Source of the DNA: a virus | IMG/VR virus record: IMGVR_UViG_3300025117_000050 | Location: 32,702-96,701 of that record | Length of the DNA: 64,000 nucleotides | Strand: one strand, 5' to 3' | In this document: positions 32,190 to 41,490 of the stretch, one piece after another | How the letters are laid out: the number at the start of each line of letters is the position of its first letter | How positions within the stretch are numbered: position 1 is the first letter of the stretch | The notes under the pieces: generated by a model | Seen by the model: only the letters and a program-made list of their open reading frames with translations | Told to the model about the DNA's origin: nothing | The model's database searches: none | Position numbers and translations under genes: made by a program

Positions 32190-34750
32190 TGATACCATAT
32201 ATTCAAACAGATGGTAAAAATAAAATTAATTGCAATGTAGATTTAATTATTTTAGATGAAAGTGAACCAATATTAATTTCTTTATGTGATTTAAACATTA
32301 AGAATAAAAAAATATGTGCAGATTTAATTTCTCATTCTTATGAATTATCACTAAGAGATAGAGAAGATACATTTTATAGTAAGAATTTATATGGTAGAGA
32401 TAATCATTATAGATATAAGTCAGATAAAATGGAGAATAATTTAACTCATACAATTATATATAATACTAAAATTAATCAGTATTGCATTAATTGGAATAAT
32501 GAAGATAAAAGTAAGATTCTTACTAAGTATTTTAGAAATATTCATTATTTACCTGTTACAAGTGAAATTGTAAAAATAATTTTAGACAAAGATAAAATTG
32601 AACAAGACAAATATAAATATAGTAGTTATGGTTATGTTAGTGAATGTACAGTTTATACTAATAATCCAATGTTTGCAGAGTTAAAAGTATATAAAATTAA
32701 TGTAACTTGGTTTAAAGAGAAGTTAAATAATTTGAAATTAGAAGGTTTTAAAGATGATTTTGATTGGAGTACAATTGAGGATATTGAAGGATATATTTTC
32801 AAATTTTTAGAACAAATTAAAGAAAGATTAAAGAATAATATTAAGATATTGTATAATAAGGATAATATTAATCCTAAAATATTTGAGGGTAAATTAAAAC
32901 CTTTTGATGGTCAAATACCTGTGATTCAAGCAGGGTTAGAAGTGTTGAAGAGAGATAGAGTTGTTTATTTAAATTGTGAACAAGGATTCGGAAAAACATT
33001 ATGTGCAACAAAAATTAATCATTGTTTTTTATATCAACATAATAAAAATTATGTAACATTTATGACCATACCATCTATTACATTAACTCAATGGAAAGAT
33101 GAAATAAAAAATAGTATTAAAGATAAAGTATATATACATATTATTAAGAAAACTACAGATTTTATTAAACTATATAATCAAACTAATTTACAATTTGATA
33201 AACCTACTTATATTCTTGTTGGTAAAGAAACATTTAAACTTGATGCTAAAAAAGTATCAGGAGTAAATATAAAAACTAGAGAAATAAAAATGAAAAAAGA
33301 AGTGCAACATAATTATTACTATAAAACTATTGAAATAGTTAAAGAAAAAATCACTATTGCTTGCTGTCCTGATTGTGGAGTACCATTAAGAAATGAATTA
33401 AGGAAAAAAGAAGATGTATTTTTTACAGAAAAAGAATTTCAAGGTAATCCTAAGAAATCAAATTATAAATGTTATAATTGTAATAGTGTCTTGTGGCAGA
33501 AAACATATGATAAAACAAAGAAAGTAAGTTTAATAAATTTTATTAAAGTAAAAAATATTCATTTTGATAGTGTAATTATTGATGAAATACATCAGGCAAA
33601 TGGTATAGAAACAATAATTTCAAATGCTACTAGAACTTTATTTAACTATAGTAAAAAAATAATATGCCTTACAGGAACCTCAAATTCAGGATATGCTTCG
33701 TCAATTCATAATATTCTTTTAGGATTATTCCCTAATAAACTTAAAAAGAATGAAGTATTAGATATTAAACAATTCATAAAAACATATGGAACATTAATGG
33801 CAGTTAGCAAGAAAAGAGATGGAGAATATTATCGTTATGGCAGAAGTGAGATTAAAGATAGCGATTATAAAGAGGTCGAAGGGATAAATAGTATCGCTTA
33901 TACAAAATATCTAGCAGAAAATTATATATTTGCAACATTAGACGATTTAGGAAAAGACTTACCAGAATTAATTGAAACATATATTCCAATTAAACAAAGT
34001 GACATTATGGAATCTAATGAAAAAAGACTATGGGATGATATTAAATCAGCAAATGCATTTAATTCAAAAATGTATGAGGATTCAATTGTAAAACATTACA
34101 TTAATAATCCTTTTAATTGGGATAGTATATCTATTGAAGGGAAAGATGTAACAAATATTGTTCAACCAATTTGTATTCCCAATATTATTTTACCAAAAGA
34201 AAGATTGCTTCTATTAGATATTGTTCAACAAGAATTATTAGAAAATAGGAAATGTTGCATTTATACATTCTTTAATAACGGTGGAATGTATATGCAAAGT
34301 GATACTATATCAAAAAGAATTGAATATTTACTAAATAAAAATAATATTAGAACATTTACATTGAAACAATCTGTCCCTACATATGAAAGAAGAGATTTAA
34401 TTGAAAAGAAAAAAGATAATTTTGATGTATTAATAACTAATCCTCAACTAGTTGAATGTGGAATTAATATGGTATTTATTCCAAGTTATATAAATTATAT
34501 GCCAAGTTATCATATTAATATGGTAGATCAATCTAATAGAAGAGGGTATCGTGCAAATAGTACGTTAGAAAATAGAATTTTTCATTTGTATTATGACAAT
34601 TCATGTGAAAATAGTATTATCAAAAGATACCAAAGAAAGAAAGCAGAAAGTAAGGCAATTGTAGGACAATTCAATATTGCATTAGAAAATGATGATTCAA
34701 TTAGAACTGCAAGTAAGTTTGGTAAGAAAATTAATGATGGAGTTGTGTAA
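32189..34750 (+). CDS. SF2 (SNF2-like) helicase with zinc-ribbon insertion
   Basis: EQGFGKT, CPDC...CYNC, IIDEIH, LTGT, VECGIN, QSNRRGYR; coupled to the MTase by TAATG overlap. Confidence 0.85.
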   Translation: MIPYIQTDGKNKINCNVDLIILDESEPILISLCDLNIKNKKICADLISHSYELSLRDREDTFYSKNLYGRDNHYRYKSDKMENNLTHTIIYNTKINQYCINWNNEDKSKILTKYFRNIHYLPVTSEIVKIILDKDKIEQDKYKYSSYGYVSECTVYTNNPMFAELKVYKINVTWFKEKLNNLKLEGFKDDFDWSTIEDIEGYIFKFLEQIKERLKNNIKILYNKDNINPKIFEGKLKPFDGQIPVIQAGLEVLKRDRVVYLNCEQGFGKTLCATKINHCFLYQHNKNYVTFMTIPSITLTQWKDEIKNSIKDKVYIHIIKKTTDFIKLYNQTNLQFDKPTYILVGKETFKLDAKKVSGVNIKTREIKMKKEVQHNYYYKTIEIVKEKITIACCPDCGVPLRNELRKKEDVFFTEKEFQGNPKKSNYKCYNCNSVLWQKTYDKTKKVSLINFIKVKNIHFDSVIIDEIHQANGIETIISNATRTLFNYSKKIICLTGTSNSGYASSIHNILLGLFPNKLKKNEVLDIKQFIKTYGTLMAVSKKRDGEYYRYGRSEIKDSDYKEVEGINSIAYTKYLAENYIFATLDDLGKDLPELIETYIPIKQSDIMESNEKRLWDDIKSANAFNSKMYEDSIVKHYINNPFNWDSISIEGKDVTNIVQPICIPNIILPKERLLLLDIVQQELLENRKCCIYTFFNNGGMYMQSDTISKRIEYLLNKNNIRTFTLKQSVPTYERRDLIEKKKDNFDVLITNPQLVECGINMVFIPSYINYMPSYHINMVDQSNRRGYRANSTLENRIFHLYYDNSCENSIIKRYQRKKAESKAIVGQFNIALENDDSIRTASKFGKKINDGVV

Positions 34751-34883
34751 TATTCATATTTATATTGAAGAAAATAGAATATATCAATTGAAAAACGGAG
34801 TAAATCGAAGAAAACGGGAGGTAAACAGAGTTTTATAGTAAGTAAATCATTACCAAATATTGGTTTGGTCATGAAAATAATTC

Positions 34884-34912
34884 TTGACAAAGTAATAACA
34901 GAATGTTAAAAT
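34884..34912 (+). promoter_or_regulatory. sigma-A promoter, preceded by the repeated intergenic site
   Basis: TTGACA-17 bp-TAAAAT with TG; site ACCAAA-TATTGG-TTTGGT-CATGA at 34852-34874. Confidence 0.75.
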
Positions 34913-34958
34913 AATTATAGTAAAAAAACAATAAAATAATAAAAAGGAGATTAAATTT

Positions 34959-35245
34959 ATGAAAAAATTATTAGTTGTTGGGACTATTGTATTATCTCTT
35001 GCGTTAACAGGTTGCAATGCAGGAAGTAGACATTTTGGTGGAACAATAAATATAGACCTTCCAAAAAATCAAAAATTAATCACTGCAACATGGAAAGAAG
35101 ATAGTTTATGGTATTTAACTAAACCAATGAATAATAATGAAATTGCAGAAACATATGTATTCCAAGAAGATAGTAATTTGGTGTTTTAGAAGGCAAAGTT
35201 ATATTTAAAGAAAATAAAGAAGAATTAGTTATAAAAAGTAAATAA
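34959..35245 (+). pseudogene. Lipoprotein gene with apparent frameshift near 35178
   Basis: Lipobox LALTGC; frame ends DSNLVF* while the shifted frame continues GVLEGKVIFKE. Confidence 0.55.
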
Positions 35246-35295
35246 AATAATGTATGCACAAAATATAATAAAAATACAAAAAGGAGAAATGAATT

Positions 35296-35817
35296 ATGAA
35301 AATTAGAAAGATTGTTTTAGTAGTTATATTATCTACAATGTTATTTGTTTTAGTTGGGTGTGAAGAAACCACAAGAAATAAAATAGACAATCAAGCAGAG
35401 AAAAAAGCAGAACAAGCAGTAAGGATGATGGAACAAACTCCTACTCCATCATTAGAACGTAGTCTTGAACGTGAAAATATTGTTAAAAGATTAAAAATTA
35501 CAAATGATGCTAATACATTACAATGGATTTATCCTATGAGCGCAGGTAGAGTTATTGGAAGATTTCCTGTACTTGGTAAAATAACTAGCGGTTCAAAAAA
35601 ACTAACTCCTGATATGGATGTTTATAATAGCAATAGACCAATGCCAGATGAAATGGGAGCATATGGTAGTAGTGACGGTTATGTATTTTGGTTCGACCCT
35701 GCTGGACGATATCATCAACATAAAGGAGATTATTTTTTAAGTCCTGTGCCATATAAAATTGATTTAAATTATGGAACCATTTCAGTAGAAATTGATAAAT
35801 CAGTTCAAGATAAATAA
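35296..35817 (+). CDS. Lipoprotein
   Basis: Signal peptide with lipobox VLVGC. Confidence 0.75.
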   Translation: MKIRKIVLVVILSTMLFVLVGCEETTRNKIDNQAEKKAEQAVRMMEQTPTPSLERSLERENIVKRLKITNDANTLQWIYPMSAGRVIGRFPVLGKITSGSKKLTPDMDVYNSNRPMPDEMGAYGSSDGYVFWFDPAGRYHQHKGDYFLSPVPYKIDLNYGTISVEIDKSVQDK

Positions 35818-35842
35818 ATTATAAAAAGGATAAGGTGATATT

Positions 35843-36298
35843 ATGAAAATATTATTAATTGGATTAGCAATAATTTTCAGTCTAGGATTTATAAGTGCAG
35901 GATTAGGATTAATTACTTTACCAGGACATGTAGCAAGCAATAGTGTCCAAACGGCACATGATGTAGTAGATAAAACTATTAATGCAAATAATGCATTATT
36001 TAATTATGAAGAATTCTTTAATAAATATGAAGGTGCTAAGATGCAAGCAACAAATATCAAGAATACAGAAAAAGCAATTCAAACATTAAAAGATACTTAT
36101 GGTGAAGATGCAATAAAGTGGTCTAAAGATGTTCGTAATGATTATTCTAATCTTCAACAAAATATTGAAGGATATAAAATGATGTATCAAAAAACTGTTC
36201 AAGAGTATAATGCAGATAGTCAAAAATTAAATAGAAATTTATTTAAATCAAAAAGTTTACCTTATATGCTGCCAGATTATTATAAGATGATTGATTAA
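35843..36298 (+). CDS. N-terminally anchored membrane protein with coiled coil
   Basis: Hydrophobic N-terminus, helical C-terminus. Confidence 0.7.
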   Translation: MKILLIGLAIIFSLGFISAGLGLITLPGHVASNSVQTAHDVVDKTINANNALFNYEEFFNKYEGAKMQATNIKNTEKAIQTLKDTYGEDAIKWSKDVRNDYSNLQQNIEGYKMMYQKTVQEYNADSQKLNRNLFKSKSLPYMLPDYYKMID

Positions 36299-38032
36299 AT
36301 AATTATATATTAATTATAGGAATTTAATAAACTATTGTAAATTTAAGTATTTATTAAATTCCTATTAAAGCAAAATTTTGCTTTAATACTAAGATTATAA
36401 GGGGGAATATTATTATGGAAAATCTAGAAACTATTCGTGCTAATTACGAAAGAGAATATCATCAAACTGCTGAAGAATTATTACAATTAAAGTTGAAAGT
36501 TGAAACTATGATTGAAAATCTATTTGTTGATGGATTTACTATAGACACTAAAAAAGAAATGGTTGAAATTCTGAGAAAATGTAGATAAATATCATTACAT
36601 ACATTTTATTAAAATATAAAGGAGATTTAATATATGCAAGATATTAAATGTGGAGAAATAAATATTATGTTTGAGCATGTTTATTGCACCGAATGTAAAT
36701 ATGGAGAAGAATTAATAGAAAGTATTATAAATTTAAGTGATACACCAACTATATGTGAAAAATGTTGTCCATATGATCCTGAAGATAGTAGACCATTTCA
36801 TAAAAGAAAAAATTATATTTTAAAGGAGAATAAAACTATGAAAAATCAAACAGAAAATTACATAATTCTAAAACCTATCGCTGAGAGATTTAATAGAATT
36901 GCAAATTCTATCTCAGATGATGAAATTAGATCATTAATCAAAGATGAAATGAGAGATCAGCTTAAACGAATTAATTTTTCATCTCAAATTGAAGAAATTA
37001 TTTTTGATTATATTGATAATAATCAAGAAGATATGTTGGATTTGTATAAGCAAGAATTGAAGAATAAGTTTAGATAATATAAAAAGAGAAGTTGGTAGTA
37101 ATATATGCAATAAAACATAGGAAGTAATATTGCTATAAAAGTAGTTATACCAACTTCTCTAATAAGATTATAACCAGTGGCAATGTAAAATATGCATACA
37201 TAATATTTAAGAAAGGATTATCTATGAAAATAGCAGAAACATATATTTATTATGTCATATATAATATAACTAAAGATGGATATTACTCAAGAATTGATAA
37301 ATTTAATGATTTTAAAGCTGAATATGAATTTAATAAGTTAATTAGTGAAGCAATTCCTTTTGATAATAGAGCAGAAGCAAATGAATATGTAAGAGAATGG
37401 ATAGATAGAGATAACAAAGATAAATATATTGTTAAGAAAGTTAAGGTAGATTATTCTATAAATAATTGAAGGAGTAGATAAATTATGTATGACTATATTA
37501 TTTGCATGAAAAGTGGCAAAGAGTATAAAATTAAAACACAGTTTAAATTTGAGGAATTAATTATGAAGATAATGCCTAAACAAACTAATGAAATTAAAAT
37601 ATCACATTTTGAATTAATAGAATGTGCAGAAAGAATGTTGCGATTATAGGGAGCGAAATATCTAGTATTGAATATTTTATTAAAGTAGATTAAGGAGGAT
37701 TAATTATGCAAATTGAAGATTTTAGTTATTACACTGTGCCAATGAATAATATTAAAAAGCATCAGAAAATTATATTATATTCAATTAATAATCTTACTAA
37801 TATTATTGGTTTTAATAATGCAGTGAAATTTGTAATGCAATCTGTATTAATAGAAATACTAATGTATGATAGTAAGTATGTATATCATTATGATTTTGAT
37901 TATTGGTGTGATGAGATTATGAAATGTCCTTATATAGATTGAAACATGATAAAAAATTAGTTTGGTTGTGATTTAGGGTATTGATAATATAATTGTATAA
38001 TAAATACACAATAGAAAAAGGAGGATTAAATT

Positions 38033-39130
38033 ATGAGTAGAAAATTAGCAAGCATTAAAACTATCTCAGATATTCAACCAATTGAAAATAGAGATAGGAT
38101 AGAATTGGTGATTGTGGATGGATGGCAAATTATTGTTAAAAAAGGTGAATACAAAATAGGTGATAAAACTATTTTTGTAGAAATTGATTCGGTATTACCT
38201 GAAATACCAGAGTTTGAATTTTTAAGATCGAAGAAATTCAGAATCAAAACAATGAAAATGGCAGGTACATTATCTCAAGGTATTTGTTTACCACTATCTA
38301 TTTTGCCTACAAATAGACAATATAAATTAGAAGATGATGTTACAGAGATAATTGGAATTAAACAATATGAAACAACAAGGGATATTGAACCAGAAGAAAT
38401 AATACCTAAAAATAATAAAAAATTTCAACATCCTATTTTTAAGTATTTATTTAAATATTCATTGTTTAGAAATTTATTATTACCTAAAAAACAAAATAAA
38501 GATTTTCCTGAATTCATATATAAAACTGATGAGACAAGAATTCAAAATATGCCATTTATATTAAAGAATAAAGATAATACATATGTTGTTCGTGAGAAAA
38601 TAAATGGTCAATCAGGCACATTCTTTCTAAAGAAAATGAATAAAAAGTGGTCTTGGCAAAAACAAAATTATGATTTTGGTGTATGTTCAAGAAATCTTAG
38701 ATTATGGAACGAAACAGATAATAGTTATTGGTTTGTTGCAAAGAAGTATAATATAAAAGAAGTGCTTAAAAATTTAATTGGAGATAATGATTTTGTAGCA
38801 ATTCAAGGAGAATGTATATCTCCAAAAGTACAAGGTAATAAATATAAAGTTTCTGAAGCAGATTTATATACTTTTAATCTTATTTATCCAGATGGTAAAG
38901 TATCTTGTCTATGGGGAGAAGAAATATTAAAGCATCATGGGATTAAATGGTGTCCTTTGATTGAGAAGAATTTTATATTACCTGATTCAGTTAATGAATT
39001 ACTTGATTATTCAACAGGCAAATCAAAATTATATAATACTTTAAGAGAAGGTTTAGTATTTAGAAATTATGAAAAGAATTTATCATTTAAAGCGGTAAGT
39101 CCTGAATTTTTGATTAAGAATGATGAATAG
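38033..39130 (+). CDS. RNA ligase, DRB0094/Rnl2-like
   Basis: N-term RKLASI...DRIE...VDGWQ...EIDS; KTDETRIQN, EKINGQS (motif I), QGE, REGLV, SFKAVS.EFL. Confidence 0.88.
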   Translation: MSRKLASIKTISDIQPIENRDRIELVIVDGWQIIVKKGEYKIGDKTIFVEIDSVLPEIPEFEFLRSKKFRIKTMKMAGTLSQGICLPLSILPTNRQYKLEDDVTEIIGIKQYETTRDIEPEEIIPKNNKKFQHPIFKYLFKYSLFRNLLLPKKQNKDFPEFIYKTDETRIQNMPFILKNKDNTYVVREKINGQSGTFFLKKMNKKWSWQKQNYDFGVCSRNLRLWNETDNSYWFVAKKYNIKEVLKNLIGDNDFVAIQGECISPKVQGNKYKVSEADLYTFNLIYPDGKVSCLWGEEILKHHGIKWCPLIEKNFILPDSVNELLDYSTGKSKLYNTLREGLVFRNYEKNLSFKAVSPEFLIKNDE

Positions 39131-39185
39131 ATTAATAAAATAAATTTAATTGGTTTAACTTAAATGAAAGGAGAATATAATAATA

Positions 39186-40283
39186 TTGAAAACAAATATC
39201 TTCATACCTAAAACTATCAAAGTAGGTTTTCAAAATAGGTCTGATACATATACTCAAAAATTAGCCTACGTGATTTATTATGATCAAAAAAATGTATTAC
39301 GTAAAGAAAAATCCTGGGAAGGCTGGCGGGATAAAAATATTGAACCACAAGAATTTTCTAATGAACCAACGTCAGGATTTGTGTTGAATAAGAAAGTCGG
39401 CGATTATAGATCGGATTGGAATCACAGACATGCTTATTGTAGAGTATATGATTCAAGAGGAGATTTTGAGTTTGAAATAACAATAGAAAATCTACTTTAC
39501 ATCTTAGAAAATGCAACGTCTACAAAAGGAAAAGGGTTAGAAGGAGAATTCATTTATGGTTGGAGTAGCAAGGATATCCTATTAATTCCTTGTGAATCTC
39601 CAGATTATAAAGAAATTACTCAATATAACAATATGATTCATGAGAAAAACTATGTAAAGGTTAAAGACTTGACATTAGGTGGTACATATAAAACTAAATC
39701 AGATGAAGAATATATTTATATGGGTAGATTTGATTATTATGATACTAAAGATGAAAGAATATATAAATCAAATAGTCGTTATGATTATGAATGGGTAACG
39801 AATAAAATAAACAAAGGTAAACATCATTATTTTATCAGAAGGTATGATGATAATGATAAATATAGTAGTAAATGGATTAGTTTATTAACATTAAAAAGTT
39901 TAGGAGAAAGATTTATCTCAATAGTATCTTTAGAATGTGTCGATAATTACGCAGAATTATTTAATAAACTTGAATGTAACGAACATTATTCTCCTGTTGA
40001 TGATAGTAAGGATGAATATATAGAATATACTTTTGAAGAATTTAGTAAAAAGGCAACAAATAGAGGGATATATTTTTATGATACAGATAAAAGATATATT
40101 TCTGTAGAAAAAATGTATAATAATACAGGTAAATATTATCTTAGAGATGGTAATACTTATGGTTTTCTTAATAATAATAGAACATATATAGAGTATACTT
40201 TGGAGGAAATATACAATAAATATAAACCAATGTATAAAAACACATATCTAACAAATGGAAAATTATATTCGGAGGGAAAATAA
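39186..40283 (+). CDS. Conserved phage hypothetical protein
   Basis: 365 aa; VGFQNRSDTYTQKLAYVIY...RKEKSW..WRD; TTG start after AAAGGAG. Confidence 0.7.
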   Translation: MKTNIFIPKTIKVGFQNRSDTYTQKLAYVIYYDQKNVLRKEKSWEGWRDKNIEPQEFSNEPTSGFVLNKKVGDYRSDWNHRHAYCRVYDSRGDFEFEITIENLLYILENATSTKGKGLEGEFIYGWSSKDILLIPCESPDYKEITQYNNMIHEKNYVKVKDLTLGGTYKTKSDEEYIYMGRFDYYDTKDERIYKSNSRYDYEWVTNKINKGKHHYFIRRYDDNDKYSSKWISLLTLKSLGERFISIVSLECVDNYAELFNKLECNEHYSPVDDSKDEYIEYTFEEFSKKATNRGIYFYDTDKRYISVEKMYNNTGKYYLRDGNTYGFLNNNRTYIEYTLEEIYNKYKPMYKNTYLTNGKLYSEGK

Positions 40284-40284
40284 T

Positions 40285-40707
40285 ATGAGTGAAAAACAAA
40301 TGACAAATGATGATAAGATTATGTTGTTAAAATCGCAGATTGCAGAGAAGAAGAAGAAAGGTTTAAAAACTAAAAAGAAATTTTCACCATTAACAAATTG
40401 TTCTATAGAAATTGATGGAGTAAGATTGAATTTACAAGTATTGAACAAAGAAAATTTAATTCATTTATTAGTTAAATTAAATTCATATTTATTATCTGCT
40501 GTTGATTTAGGTTTAGAAGATGAATATAATTTTTCTGGTTATAGTATTGATCAATGGATTACTGATGTTAAATTGAAATTAGATATTTTAAAGTATGAGG
40601 AAGAGGATAGAAAGTTGAAGGAATTGGAACGGAAACTTCATGTGCTGCTATCCTCCGAAAAACAGGTCGAATTAGCGATTAATGAAATTGAATCTTTGAT
40701 TAAATAG
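40285..40707 (+). CDS. Conserved phage hypothetical protein
   Basis: ORF track; ATG 40285 after GGAGGG. Confidence 0.65.
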   Translation: MSEKQMTNDDKIMLLKSQIAEKKKKGLKTKKKFSPLTNCSIEIDGVRLNLQVLNKENLIHLLVKLNSYLLSAVDLGLEDEYNFSGYSIDQWITDVKLKLDILKYEEEDRKLKELERKLHVLLSSEKQVELAINEIESLIK

Positions 40708-41123
40708 TCTGGTAAAATGATATTAAAAAGGAGATTATTATGGAAGTAATTATAAATGGTATAAAATATATTCCCGATGTGGGAGAAGTGAATAAATCTA
40801 ATAATTGTTCTTCTAATTTGGTGTCTAGTTGTAGAACTTGTGATAGGCAGATAAATAGAGGAGGTTATAAGTGTGCTTTACATATAGATAGATATGTTGA
40901 ATGTTTGGAAAATAATCGAAAATATTATGAAAAAACATCAGGTGGAAAAGTAATAGACTTACAAGGATTAGTATTACCTGAACCTGTTTTTCCTTATAAG
41001 ATATGGTTTTAATTACATGATATGAATAAATAGAGAAAATTGTGTTTTCGCAAATCATTGATTTTATTGGGTTTGTGAAAACAAAACTCACAACCAAACA
41101 TAAATTTCATGCTGAAATTATAT

Positions 41124-41152
41124 TTGACATACTACTAACAAAATGTTAAAAT
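41124..41152 (+). promoter_or_regulatory. sigma-A promoter, preceded by the repeated intergenic site
   Basis: TTGACA-17 bp-TAAAAT with TG; similar to the 34884 promoter; site at 41096-41115. Confidence 0.75.
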
Positions 41153-41442
41153 AAATACAACATCAAAAAGGAGATAATACATAATGCAAAAATGTAAAAT
41201 TTGTGGTAAATGGATAGATTGGGATAACCAAAATATTCATTATGGTGGACATGTTTGTAATATTACTACAGGGAAAGAAACTCCTTGGAGTAAAGAAGAA
41301 ATAATAAATAATGATAAATATAAAAATGCAATTGAAACAATTAGAAGTAATTATCCACCAGAAAATTATACTGCACTGAGAGAAGCATTAGATTTGGCTA
41401 TGGAATGTTTAAGTGAGAAATTAGTATAAATATATTTTGTAA

Positions 41443-41490
41443 ATACTATATGTAGTATTTTAATATTATCTTACATACTACATATAGTAC
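41443..41490. promoter_or_regulatory. Tandem NrdR-box-like pair
   Basis: ATACTATATGTAGTAT and ATACTACATATAGTAC, starts 32 bp apart. Confidence 0.55.

Noticed and set aside
30837-34750. Complete restriction-modification, BREX or DISARM system
   Set aside because: No nuclease, specificity subunit or other system genes nearby.
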